From positions 36,778-100,777 of the forward strand of contig CAVZWF010000008.1 in the NCBI GenBank assembly GCA_963778865.1: a stretch of 64,000 nt of DNA, in the 5' to 3' direction. Position numbers and translations under genes: made by a program. Of this stretch, positions 45,764 to 55,816 are shown piece by piece (position 1 is the stretch's first letter; every line of letters starts with the position of its first letter). The stretch comes from an uncultured beta proteobacterium. GTDB taxonomy: Bacteria; Pseudomonadota; Gammaproteobacteria; Burkholderiales; SG8-41. A model generated the notes under the pieces. The model searched no databases and was not told the DNA's origin. It worked only from the letters and a program-made list of their open reading frames with translations.

Positions 45764-46741
45764 ATGGAGATCGCAATGCGTTACATGCACGTGCCCGTTG
45801 CAGCAAGCCTCGTCTTCGCTTCTGTCTCGACACAAGGAGCTGAAACTTATCCAGCCGGACCGATCCGCATGGTCGTGCCGTTCACGCCGGGCAGCGCCAG
45901 CGATATTCTCGCGCGCCTGATCGGCCCGAAGCTGCTCGAAGCGTGGGGCCATCAGCTCGTCGTCGACAACCGGCCGAGCGCAGGCGGCACTGTCGCGGGC
46001 AGCATCGTTGCGGGTGCGGCGCCCGACGGCTATACGATGATGCTGACCTCGTCCGGCTTTGCGGGCAGTGCGGCGCTCTACGACAAGCTGCCGTACGATT
46101 CGGTGAAGGATTTCGCGGGCGTGACGCAAGTCGTGAGCACGCCGCTCGTCGTCGTGGTGTCGCCGGCGCTCGGCGTGAAATCGGTGAAGGAGTTGATTGC
46201 GCTCGCCCGGGAAAAGCCGGGGCAGTTCAATTTCAGCTCGTCGGGCATCGGCAGCGGCACGCATTACGCGGGCGAACTCTTCAAGCTCGCGGCCGGCATC
46301 AATACCGTGCACGTGCCTTATCGCGGCACGCCCGAAGCGATCAACGACGTGATCAGCGGCCGCATTCAATACATGACGGCGCCGGTATTGCCCGCGATGA
46401 CGCTGGTCAAAAGCGGACGACTGCTCGCGCTCGCGGTGACCACGCGCGAGCGCATGTCGCTCCTGCCCGACCTGCCGACGGTCGCCGAAGCGGCGTTGCC
46501 GGGATTCGAATACGACGGGTGGTACGGCATTTTCGCGCCGGGGAAAACGCCGCGCGCGATCATCAACAAGATGGCGGCCGAAGTCGCGCGCATTCTGAAG
46601 CTGCCGGATGTCGCCGAGAAGATACTCAACACCGGCGCAGTGCCGAAATCATCGACGCCGCAGGAGTTCGACAAGCTCGTGCGCGATGAGATCGTGATGC
46701 GCCGCAAGGTTTTCAAAGCAGCGGGGGTGAAGCCTGATTAA
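45764..46741 (+). CDS. Bug/TctC substrate-binding protein
   Basis: YPAGPIRMVVPF, VDNRPSAGG, HVPYRG. Confidence 0.95.
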   Translation: MEIAMRYMHVPVAASLVFASVSTQGAETYPAGPIRMVVPFTPGSASDILARLIGPKLLEAWGHQLVVDNRPSAGGTVAGSIVAGAAPDGYTMMLTSSGFAGSAALYDKLPYDSVKDFAGVTQVVSTPLVVVVSPALGVKSVKELIALAREKPGQFNFSSSGIGSGTHYAGELFKLAAGINTVHVPYRGTPEAINDVISGRIQYMTAPVLPAMTLVKSGRLLALAVTTRERMSLLPDLPTVAEAALPGFEYDGWYGIFAPGKTPRAIINKMAAEVARILKLPDVAEKILNTGAVPKSSTPQEFDKLVRDEIVMRRKVFKAAGVKPD

Positions 46742-46743
46742 GC

Positions 46744-46833
46744 CGTGAGTCGTGAGTCGTGAATCGTGAATCGTGAATCGTGAGTCGTGAGTCGTGAATC
46801 GTGAATCGTGAATCGTGAATCGTGAATCGTGAT
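46744..46833. repeat. Tandem heptamer array (CGTGART) x12 plus a partial unit
   Basis: Directly read; begins 2 nt after the stop codon. Confidence 0.97.
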
Positions 46834-46835
46834 CG

Positions 46836-47843
46836 ATGCAATGGTTGAAAGCAGATAATGACAGAATCGCGGGGTCGCGGTTCATTGTTGTTGCGGTTTG
46901 CACGGGCACGCTCGCGTTCGGCGCGAGTGGTGCGCGCTGCGCGGATTATCCAACCAAGCCCGTGCGCATCGTGGTGCCGATCGGCGCCGGCAGCAGCATG
47001 GACATTGTCTGCCGCGTGCTCGCGCAGAAGCTCACCGAAGCGTGGAACCAGACCGTCATCGTCGACAACCGTGCCGGCGCGGGCGGCAATTTCGGCGCGG
47101 ATCTCGTCGCCAAGTCCGCGGCCGACGGTTACAACATCCTGTTCGCATCGAGCTCTTTCTCGATTGCGCCGTCGTTCTACAAGAAGCTTTCGTACGACGC
47201 GTTGCGGGATTTCGACGCGGTCACGCAGCTCTCATCGCGCAACAACGTGTTGACGGTAGTGCCTTCGTCGCCCGTCAATTCGGTGAAGGAATTGATCGCG
47301 CTCGCAAAAGCCAAGCCGGGGCAATTGAGCTTCGGTTCCGGCGGCGGCACCGGCAGCTCCGACCAGATGGTGGGAGAACTTTTCAAGCTGATGGCGGGTG
47401 TGGATATCGTGCACGTGCCGTACAAGAGCGGACCGCAGGCGATGAACGATCTGATCGGCGGCCAGATCTCGATCTACATGGGCGGCATCCCTGTGCAATT
47501 GCCGATGATCAAGGCGGGCAAGGTCAAGCCGCTCGGCACGAGCGGACTGAAGCGCTCACCGCAACTGCCTGACGTGCCGACGATCGCCGAAGCGGGCGTG
47601 CCCGGTTATGAAGTCGATGTCTGGTACGGATTGTTTGCGCCGCACGGCACGCCGCGACCGATAATCGACAAAATCTCTGCCGAATCGATTCGCATCATGC
47701 AGGCGGCGGACATGCGCGAGCGCTGGAATGCCGTCGGCGTCGAACCCGCCGGCACCACGCCCGCCGAATTCAACAAGCAGTTTCGCGCCGAAATCGGCAA
47801 ATGGGCGAAGGTCGTCACGACGGCAAAACTCGCGCCGGATTGA
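46836..47843 (+). CDS. Bug/TctC substrate-binding protein
   Basis: YPTKPVRIVVP, VDNRAGAGG, HVPYKS. Confidence 0.94.
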   Translation: MQWLKADNDRIAGSRFIVVAVCTGTLAFGASGARCADYPTKPVRIVVPIGAGSSMDIVCRVLAQKLTEAWNQTVIVDNRAGAGGNFGADLVAKSAADGYNILFASSSFSIAPSFYKKLSYDALRDFDAVTQLSSRNNVLTVVPSSPVNSVKELIALAKAKPGQLSFGSGGGTGSSDQMVGELFKLMAGVDIVHVPYKSGPQAMNDLIGGQISIYMGGIPVQLPMIKAGKVKPLGTSGLKRSPQLPDVPTIAEAGVPGYEVDVWYGLFAPHGTPRPIIDKISAESIRIMQAADMRERWNAVGVEPAGTTPAEFNKQFRAEIGKWAKVVTTAKLAPD

Positions 47844-47897
47844 TGTGCGGGTAAAGTTGCACAATTCAGCACGAATTCGCAACGAGGAGAACTCAAT

Positions 47898-48363
47898 ATG
47901 GAAGTGAAAGCTACGTTGAAGGTGATCAATCAGGCCGACTGTCCCGGCCGGCGCGGCGTGACGGACGGTCAGACCTATCAGCGCATGATCGGGTGCCCCG
48001 AAATCGTCGAGACCGACCGCGTGCGGCTGGGCCGCGCGACGTACAAGCCCGGCACTTACGAGCAACTGCACTGGCATCCGATCGAAGCGTGCTACTACGT
48101 GATTTCCGGGCACGCCACGGTGCGCAACGTCGAGGGCAAGGAATTCGAGGTCGGTCCCGGCTCCATGATCTACGCGCCGCCGGGCATCGCGGGCGCCCAC
48201 GAATGGGAGGTCAAGGAATCGCTGGAATTGCTGGATATCCGCGCGACCACCGAAACGCAACCGCAAGATCCAGTACACGGTCGACAAGAAAACCATGCGC
48301 TCGTACATCGACCTCGAAGACCTCGGTTATCGCGAGGCGATCAGTTTCAAGTCGCATTATTAA
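47898..48363 (+). CDS. Cupin-domain protein (frameshift near 48258)
   Basis: LHWHPIEACYYVISG, PPGIAGAHEW. Confidence 0.85.
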
Positions 48364-48367
48364 AAGC

Positions 48368-48468
48368 GGTGAATCGTGAATCGTGAATCGGTAATCGTGA
48401 GATGCGTGAGCTGCGTCCGAGTCGCGAGTCGTGAATATTTCCGTGAATGGTGAATCGTGAATCGTAAT
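48368..48468. repeat. Degenerate tandem CGTGAAT array
   Basis: About 10 units in the same orientation between the cupin and Bug genes. Confidence 0.85.
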
Positions 48469-49438
48469 AAATTGCGCGCAATTTTAGTCACCCTCGTGAT
48501 TGCGGCGTGCACTGTTTGCGGCTGGCCGGCGCTCGCGCAGGCGTATCCCGCGAAAACCATCCGCATGATCATGCCGTTTCCGCCCGGCGGGCCGACCGAC
48601 ATCGTCGGGCGGCTGGTTGCGGCGAGGTTGTCCGAGCAGATCGGGCAGCAGGTGGTGGCCGACAGCCGGCCGGGCGCGAGCGGCAACGTCGGTCTGGAAA
48701 TCGCGTCGAAGTCGCCGCCCGACGGTTACACCATCGTGTTGAGTTCGCCGGTGATCGCGTTGAGCCCGCTGCTCTACGGCAAACTGAATTACGATCCGTA
48801 CAAGGACCTGGCGCCCATCGCGCTGGTCGGCGCGGTGCGCAACGTGTTCGTCATCCACCCCTCGGTGCCGGCGAAAACGCTCAAGGAGTTCATCGAGATC
48901 GCGCGCAGGAATCCGGGCAAGCTGAACTACGGTTCGGGCGGCATCGGCACCACCACGCATCTCGCGCCCGAACTGCTGAAGAGCCTGGAGAAACTCAACA
49001 TCGTGCACGTGCCGTACAAGGGCTCCGGGCTCGCGTTGATCGGGCTCGCCAGCGGGCAGGTCGATATGGAAGTGCTGGCGGCGCCCGCGGCGCTCGCGCA
49101 AATCCAGGCCGGCCGCGTGCGCGCGCTGGCCGTGCTGTCGCCGGCGCGCCTGCCCGATCTGCCGAATGTGCCCACCACGCGCGAGCAGGGTTTCGAGAAC
49201 TTCGAGATCAGCGTGTGGTACGGAATGCTCGCGCCGGCGGGAACGCCGCGCGAAATCATCAGCCGGCTCAACGCCGAACTCGTCAAAGCGGTGACTGCTG
49301 CCGACATGCAGCCGCGGCTCGCGCAGGCCGGTGTCGAGCCGCTCACCAGCACGCCGGAGGAATTCGGCGCATTTCATCAAGAGCGAGGCGCAGCGCTTTG
49401 AGAAGGTGATCAAGGAGGCGGGAATTAAGGGCGAGTGA
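48457..49438 (+). CDS. Bug/TctC substrate-binding protein (frameshift near 49370)
   Basis: YPAKTIRMIMPFPPGGPTD, HVPYKG. Confidence 0.93.
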
Positions 49439-49582
49439 AGTCGTGAATGGTGAATCGTAAGTCGTGAATCGGGAGAAGTCGTAGATCGCAAATCGCAAAT
49501 CGTGAATCGTCAAAATCGAAACACCGGGTAAATTCTTACGCTGACCAACCACGATTCACCGTTCACGACTTACGATTCACGA
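49436..49582. repeat. Inverted pair of CGTGAAT / ATTCACG arrays
   Basis: Left arm 49436-49510, right arm 49550-49582; perfect 19-bp pairing of 49450-49468 with 49562-49580. Confidence 0.92.
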
Positions 49583-49599
49583 ATCTCAACGGAGCTGCA

Positions 49600-50617
49600 A
49601 TGAGCGGCAAAGTCAAACGCATCGACGTGCACAGCCACGTGCTGCCGCTCGAACTCATCGAGTTGATCCGGCAGCGACCGCGCGATTACCAGATGCGCGT
49701 GGAAGGCGCGGGCGACAAGGAAATGTTCGTGCGCGACGACAAGCACGGCACGCCGCTCTACGCGGAATTTTTCGACGCCGATGCGAAAGTCGAGGGCATG
49801 GACCGCAAAGGCATCGATATCTCGGTGATCTCGGTGACGCCGGTCGTGTTCTTCTACTGGCTTGCCGCCGACGCGGGGCTTGCGGCGTGTCGCGTGATGA
49901 ACGACGGCATCGCGCGCATGGCGGCTGCGCGGCCCGACCGCCTGCGCGGAATGGCGACGCTGCCGATGCAGGACGCGGATGCGGCGATCGCCGAACTGGA
50001 GCGCGTGGTCAAAGAGCATGGTTTTCGCTCGATCGAGTTGGGCTGCCGTGTGCAGGGACAACTGCTGGCGGAACCCAGATTCCGCCCGGTGTTGAAGCGC
50101 GCGCAGGAACTTGGCGTGTTCATCTTCGCGCATCCCTATATCGCGGGCAGCCTGCCTGCGGACCTCGGCTGCTATTACCTCGGCAACACCGCGGCGATGC
50201 CGTTCGATACCGCGTTGATGGCGGCCCACCTCATGTTCAGCGGCGCGCTCGACGAATTGCCCGCATTGAAAATGATCCTCGCGCACGGCGGCGGCCATCT
50301 GCCGTACCAGATCGGGCGGCTTGCGCACGGCTATCAAGGTGCGCAAGGAAGCGCGCGCCAAAACTGCGAACTCGCCGCTGCAACTCTTGCGCCGGTTTTA
50401 TTTCGACGCACTGACGCACGACGCCGATGCGCTGCGCTACCTGATCGAAAAGGTCGGCGCCGACCGCGTGACGATAGGCACGGACGCGCCGTTCGACATG
50501 GCCGAGGACGATCCGGTGGCGATGATCGATGCGGTGCCGGGGCTGACCAATGAGCAGCGCGACCGCATTTACGGTCTCAATGCGCTCGAGTTGCTCGGCG
50601 AAACCGTGGAATCATGA
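49600..50617 (+). CDS. Amidohydrolase family protein, ACMSD-like decarboxylase/hydratase (frameshift near 50335)
   Basis: IDVHSH, FAHP, AHGGG, IGTDAPF. Confidence 0.88.
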
Positions 50618-51553
50618 AACCTGAAATCCTCGTGCTCGCGCCTGTTTACGCGCCGACGCTGGCCGCGCTCGAAGACGAGTTCGTCGTGCACAAACTGTGG
50701 GAAGCGCGCGACCCGGATACGTTCATCAAGACGGTGGCGGCCAAAGTGCGCGGCGTGGTCACCAGCGGTCTTTTCGGCTGCAGCCGCCGGCATATCGACG
50801 CTTTGCCAAAGCTTGAAATCATCGCGTGCTTCGGCGAAGGCGACGACACGCTGGATCTCGCCGCGGCGAAAGAGCGTGGCGTGATCGTCACCAACACGCG
50901 CATTTCCATCGTCGAGACCGTGGCCGATCTCGCGCTCGGGCTGCTGATCGCGGCGATGCGGCGCATCGTCGAGTGCGACCGCTTCGTGCGCGCCGGAAAG
51001 TGGCCGACAGACACGCCCGCTCTGGGCCGCGGTCTCACCGGCAAGACCTGCGGCATCGTCGGCTTCGGCAGGATAGGTAGCGCGGTGGCGAAGCGGGTTG
51101 CGGCCTGCGGCATGAACGTGTGTTACCACGGCCCGCGTCAGAAGCCGGGTGTGACATATGCGTACCACGCCGATCTCGAACGCATGGCGCGGGCGTGCGA
51201 TTGCCTGATCGTGAGTTGTGCGTCTACGCCGGCTACGCGCGGGCTCGTCGACGCGCGTATCCTGAATGCGCTGGGCACGGACGGATTTCTCGTCAACGTC
51301 GCGCGCGGCGCGATTATCGACGAGGCGGCGCTGATCGCGGCACTGCGGGACGGCCGCATCGCCGGGCGCGGGACTCGACGTATTCTGGGACGAGCCGCAG
51401 GTGCCCGCGGAGTTGGCGGCGATGGAACAGGTGGTGCTCGTGCCGCACATCGGCTCGTACACGCGCGAAGTGCGCGAAGAGCGCAGCGCGATGTTGCTCG
51501 CAAGCATCCGCGCGCATTTCACGGGTGCGCCGGTGCCGTCCCGGCTGGTGTAG
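50614..51553 (+). CDS. D-2-hydroxyacid dehydrogenase, glyoxylate/hydroxypyruvate reductase-like (frameshift near 51368)
   Basis: GIVGFGRIG, LVNVARGAIIDE, GLDVFWDEP and VPHIGS in the shifted frame. Confidence 0.9.
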
Positions 51554-51609
51554 ATTACGGTTTGGGTTCGTTGCCTGGCGTCAGGATTTCATCCGGAGGG
51601 TGTTGCGAT

Positions 51610-52587
51610 ATGACGATACGATTGATGGCGCTGCTTGCAGCATGGGTTGCCGGGACATTGTTGGCCGCTCCCGTTGTTTTCGCGCAGGACTACCCGAACA
51701 AGCCGATCCGGCTCATCGTGCCTTTCGCCGCGGGCGGAGGATCGGACTTCGTCGGCCGGCTGATCGGCCAGAAGCTGACCGATCAGATGGGGCAGACAGT
51801 GGTGGTCGACAACCGCCCGGGTGCGGCCTCGCTGGTCGGCACCCAGATCGCCGCGAATGCCGCTCCCGACGGCTACACGCTGCTGCTGGCGGATTCCGGG
51901 TTCACGATCAACATCGCGTTCTTCAAGGACCCGAAGTACGACGCGTTGAAGAGCTTCGACCCGGTTTCGGTCGTGGCCGAGGCGCCTTACATCCTGGTCG
52001 TGAATCCCGGTTTGCCCTACGCGACCAGCCTCAAGGATTTTGTCGCGGCGGCGAAGGCGCAGCCGGGCAAGCTCGCCATCGGCTCGGCCGGCAGCGGCAG
52101 CGGCACGCACATGACCGGCGAACTCTTTCGCCTGCGCGCCGGCATCAACATGATCCACGTGCCGTACAAGAGCGTCGGTCCCGCCATGTCCGACGTGGTC
52201 GCGGGGCAGATCCAGTCGACGATCTCGACGCCGGCGGTCTCACTGCCGCTCGTCAAGGCCGGACGGCTCAAGATCCTCGCCGCCGCCGTGCCCAAGCGCA
52301 GCAAATCGCTGCCCGACGTGCCCACGTTCGCCGAGGGCGGTGTTCCGGACGTCAACGTGAGCAATTGGTACAGCATCATCACGGTCGGCGGCACGCCGAA
52401 GCCGGTGATCAAGCGCCTCAATGAAGAAGTCGCGCGCGCGCTCGCCTCGCCTGAAATGGCCGAGCGTCTCGCCGTCAGCGGGCTGGAGGCGGCGCCCAAC
52501 ACGCCCGAGCAGTTCCGCAAGAAGATCGAAGAGGAACTTCAGCGCTGGGCGCGCGTGATCAAGGACGCGGGCATCAAGCAGGAGTAG
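51610..52587 (+). CDS. Bug/TctC substrate-binding protein
   Basis: Own GGAGG RBS and signal peptide; YPNKPIRLIVPFAAGG. Confidence 0.95.
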   Translation: MTIRLMALLAAWVAGTLLAAPVVFAQDYPNKPIRLIVPFAAGGGSDFVGRLIGQKLTDQMGQTVVVDNRPGAASLVGTQIAANAAPDGYTLLLADSGFTINIAFFKDPKYDALKSFDPVSVVAEAPYILVVNPGLPYATSLKDFVAAAKAQPGKLAIGSAGSGSGTHMTGELFRLRAGINMIHVPYKSVGPAMSDVVAGQIQSTISTPAVSLPLVKAGRLKILAAAVPKRSKSLPDVPTFAEGGVPDVNVSNWYSIITVGGTPKPVIKRLNEEVARALASPEMAERLAVSGLEAAPNTPEQFRKKIEEELQRWARVIKDAGIKQE

Positions 52588-52661
52588 ACGCACGAACGGC
52601 GGGCATGCGCGTAAAATGGCCGGCGCACCGCCTGCGTGCCCACATTGCCAGGGAGGAGATC

Positions 52662-52862
52662 ATGCACAAACTCATCGTTGTATTCGCGCTTGCCGCGCTC
52701 GCCGGCTGCGGCGTCGAAACCGCGACCACCGCGGCGACCGCGACGGCCATCAAGAAAATGGGAGTCGATGATGGCAAGAAGACCATGGAGCAATCGCAGA
52801 AGCGCGTGGACAAGGCGGTGGCGGAAATGAATGAGCGCGCGGAAAAAGACGCGGAGAAGTAA
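52662..52862 (+). CDS. Small lipoprotein (66 aa)
   Basis: GGAGGAG RBS; LAGC lipobox; charged helical tail. Confidence 0.75.
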   Translation: MHKLIVVFALAALAGCGVETATTAATATAIKKMGVDDGKKTMEQSQKRVDKAVAEMNERAEKDAEK

Positions 52863-52945
52863 ATTGACAATGGACAATTGACAATGAGGGCAATCAAACG
52901 CGGACTCACTTGCGTTGCCAATTTTCAATTGTCCACTGTCAATTT
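52861..52945. repeat. Inverted pair of AATTGAC / GTCAATT heptamer arrays
   Basis: AAATTGACAATGGACAATTGACAATG (52861-52886) versus CAATTTTCAATTGTCCACTGTCAATTT (52919-52945). Confidence 0.9.
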
Positions 52946-52959
52946 GGTTCGGAGAACAC

Positions 52960-53892
52960 ATGAGCATCACGATTTCACCCGTCACGCCGGGCTTCGCCGC
53001 CGAGATCGGCGACGTCGATCTGTCGCAACCGCTCGCGGCCGCCGACTTCGCCGCGATACAGCAGGCGTTCTGGAAATACGCGGTGCTGATTTTCCCGGGC
53101 CAGGACCTGACGCTCGATCAGCATCTCGCGTTCGGACAGAAGTTCGGGCCCGTCGAGACCGACCGCACGCTCGATCCGAAAGCCACGCCCAGCCGTTTTA
53201 CCGGCGCGTTCGCCGATATCTCGAATCTCGCCGCCGACGGCAAGATCTGGGGCGAAACGAGCCGCCAGCGCATGTACAAAATGGGCAACCGGCTGTGGCA
53301 TACCGACAGCTCGTTCAAGTTTCTGCCCAGCCTGTGTTCGCTGCTCTACGGCCGCACCGTAGCGCCCGTCGGCGGGCACACCGAATTCGCCGACCAGCGC
53401 GCGGCTTACGATGCGCTGCCGGACGCGATGAAGGAGAAATTGCGCGGGCTGGTCGCCGAGCACTGCATCGCCATTTCGCGCCGGCGCAGCGGCTTCGCCC
53501 AATTCACCGAGGAAGAGCAGCGCCGCCTGCCGCCGGTGCCGCAGATGCTGGTGCGCACGATACCGCAGAACGGCCGCAAGTCGCTGTACGTGGCCTCGCA
53601 TGCGGGGCCGATCTACGGCATGCCCGATGCGGAAGGGCGCGCGCTCGTCGATGAATTGATCGCGCACGCAACGCAGCGCCAGTTCGTCTACACGCATCGC
53701 TGGCGCCCCAACGAACTCGTCATGTGGGACAACCGCTGCACCATGCACCGCGGCACCGAGTACGACGATTTGCGCTGGGTGCGCGACATGCGGCGGGTGA
53801 CGATCAGCGACGTCGCCAACACCTGCGAGCAGGAAGGCGTGCCGTTGCCGGAGCAGGCGGCGGCGCGGCGCAAGGCTCAGGCTGTCAGCTGA
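52960..53892 (+). CDS. TauD/TfdA-family Fe(II)/2-oxoglutarate dioxygenase (TfdA-like)
   Basis: NRLWHTDSSF, TEFADQRAAYDAL, WDNRCTMHR. Confidence 0.92.
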   Translation: MSITISPVTPGFAAEIGDVDLSQPLAAADFAAIQQAFWKYAVLIFPGQDLTLDQHLAFGQKFGPVETDRTLDPKATPSRFTGAFADISNLAADGKIWGETSRQRMYKMGNRLWHTDSSFKFLPSLCSLLYGRTVAPVGGHTEFADQRAAYDALPDAMKEKLRGLVAEHCIAISRRRSGFAQFTEEEQRRLPPVPQMLVRTIPQNGRKSLYVASHAGPIYGMPDAEGRALVDELIAHATQRQFVYTHRWRPNELVMWDNRCTMHRGTEYDDLRWVRDMRRVTISDVANTCEQEGVPLPEQAAARRKAQAVS

Positions 53893-53912
53893 TTTAGGCG
53901 GGGTGCAAAATT

Positions 53913-53943
53913 CCCTCTCCCCGTGATCGGGAGAGAGGTGAGG
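53913..53943. repeat. CCCTCTCCC/GGGAGAG REP-like hairpin between convergent genes
   Basis: CCCTCTCCCCG-TGAT-CGGGAGAGAGGTGAGG; related to 55841-55922. Confidence 0.65.
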
Positions 53944-54012
53944 CGTATCTATGACGAGCAGTCGTTTGACCGCCAGCGGTTTATTCCGCCTGCCGCGCTC
54001 CGGCGGCCTTGA

Positions 54013-54741
54013 TCACGCGGGCCAGATGCGGCGGGCGAGATTGGGCGAGCCGGGCGCGTGCACGAGCTTGCGCACGACGCGGTCGCTCCACGCTTCCTGC
54101 TCGGGATACGGACTTTCGTGGTCGAGAAAATTCTCGTTGCGCGCTTCGGCCGACGTGAACTCGTAGAGTATCGCGTGCTTCGCCCAGCCGGCGACGGACG
54201 CGTATTTGCGCACGCGCACGCAGCCCGGCATTTTCTCCATGCACGGCAGGCGCCATGTCGCGTACCACGCCGCCAGTTCGTCTTCGTCCTGATCTTCGCC
54301 GGCGTTGAAGCTGCCGATCTGTATGCACGGGCTCAACGCGATCGTGTCCAGCGGCTGGGTGGCGGCGGGGCCGTGCACGCGCGCTTCCTCGGTCATGATG
54401 TTCGCGCGCTCGCCGATGCGCATCGCCAGCATCTTGCGGTCCGCCGCCGGCAGTTGCGCATGAAATTCGCGCGGCGCCGGCCGCACGAACGCGTGCGCGT
54501 CGTCGGCGCCGAAGAGCAGTATGTAGCGGTCGCCGGTGGGCACCGCGCTGCTCTTGACGTTGGAGAGGCGGCCTTTCGCGCCCGAGAGCTTGACGTTGTT
54601 TTCGGAGGCGTAATGCGCCGCCCACTTGAAGCCGGCGCGCGCCAATTGCCTCGGTATGTAGTTGCCGTGCAGCCACTCGAGATAGGCGTCGCGGCTTTTG
54701 TCCGGCAGGTTGTACCACGTGATCCAGATTCCCCGATCCAA
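54013..54741 (-). CDS. Hypothetical protein with two EthD/dimeric alpha-beta barrel-like halves
   Basis: Repeated pattern YLEWLHGNYIP...GF and LAAWYATWRLP...PG; AAGGAGG RBS with TTG start. Confidence 0.65.
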   Translation of the reverse strand: MDRGIWITWYNLPDKSRDAYLEWLHGNYIPRQLARAGFKWAAHYASENNVKLSGAKGRLSNVKSSAVPTGDRYILLFGADDAHAFVRPAPREFHAQLPAADRKMLAMRIGERANIMTEEARVHGPAATQPLDTIALSPCIQIGSFNAGEDQDEDELAAWYATWRLPCMEKMPGCVRVRKYASVAGWAKHAILYEFTSAEARNENFLDHESPYPEQEAWSDRVVRKLVHAPGSPNLARRIWPA

Positions 54742-54827
54742 AATACGCCTCCTTTGATCTTCGTTTTGTGTGCCCGATTGTATAATGAAAAATCACGCCG
54801 GCCGTCCGCTTGCGGCGAGGGGGGAAC

Positions 54828-55802
54828 ATGATCGGTAATACGCGGCGCGGTGTGCTATGCGTCATTGCGCTGATCCTGGTTGCAGCCGCTGCGACTGCGC
54901 TCGCGCAAGGCTATCCGGCGCGTCCGATCCGCCTGCTGACGCCGGTGGTGCCGGGCGGCGGGCTCGATTTCATCGCCCGCCTGATCGCGCCGGCGCTCAC
55001 GGACAATCTCGGCAAATCCGTCGTCGTCGACAATCGTCCGGGTGCGAGCGGCGCCATCGCCATGGAAATCACCGCGCGCGCGGCGCCCGACGGCTACACG
55101 CTGGCGATCTTCAGCGTGAGCCAGGTCATCTACGCCGAAATGAACAAGACCGGTTACGACATGTTCCGCGATTTCGCGCCGGTCTCGCAGGTTGCCGCGG
55201 CGCCCTACGTGCTGGCGGTGTCGCCGCAACTGCCCGCGAAATCGGTGAGCGAATTGATCGCCTATGCGAAAGCGAACCCGGGCAAGCTCACCTACGCATC
55301 GGCCGGTGTGGCGACGCTGCAGCAGCTTGCCACCGAACTCTTCGCGTCGACGGCCGGCATCAAGCTGATACACGTGCCGTACAAGGGCGTGGCCGCGGCG
55401 TTTCCGGACATGATCGCCGGCCGCACGCATATGACGATATCCAGCGTGGCGGCGCTCGCCGGCTTGCTGCGCTCGAACCATCTGCGCCCGCTCGCGGTGA
55501 CGACCACCCAGCGCACCGCGATGTTGCCCGAGGTGCCGACGATGATCGAAGCCGGCATGCCCGGATTCGTCGTGACGCAGTGGCACGGCATCGTCGCGCC
55601 CGCCGGCACGCCGCGTGCCGTCATCGAGCGCCTGTACCAGGGTATCGCGCGCAGCCTGCAGCAGCCCGACGTGGCCGCGCGACTCGCCGCCGACGGGACC
55701 GAGGCCGTGGGCAGTTCGCCTCAGCAGTTCGCCGCGCACATGAAGGCCGAGCGCGAAAAATGGGTGCGGGCCATACAGCAGGCCGGCATCACCATGCAGT
55801 AG
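54828..55802 (+). CDS. Bug/TctC substrate-binding protein
   Basis: YPARPIRLLTP, VDNRPGASG, HVPYKG. Confidence 0.95.
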   Translation: MIGNTRRGVLCVIALILVAAAATALAQGYPARPIRLLTPVVPGGGLDFIARLIAPALTDNLGKSVVVDNRPGASGAIAMEITARAAPDGYTLAIFSVSQVIYAEMNKTGYDMFRDFAPVSQVAAAPYVLAVSPQLPAKSVSELIAYAKANPGKLTYASAGVATLQQLATELFASTAGIKLIHVPYKGVAAAFPDMIAGRTHMTISSVAALAGLLRSNHLRPLAVTTTQRTAMLPEVPTMIEAGMPGFVVTQWHGIVAPAGTPRAVIERLYQGIARSLQQPDVAARLAADGTEAVGSSPQQFAAHMKAEREKWVRAIQQAGITMQ

Positions 55803-55816
55803 ATTTACCGCTAACT

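Noticed and set aside
46649-46909. ORF with HDSRFTI repeats on the minus strand
   Set aside because: Just the stop-free translation of the heptamer array's complementary strand
46744-49582. CRISPR array
   Set aside because: 7-nt tandem units without unique spacers; no cas genes in the window
50614-52587. Apparent dehydrogenase-Bug fusion (657 aa)
   Set aside because: Indel near 51368; the dehydrogenase C-terminus continues in another frame to TAG 51553, and the Bug has its own RBS and signal peptide
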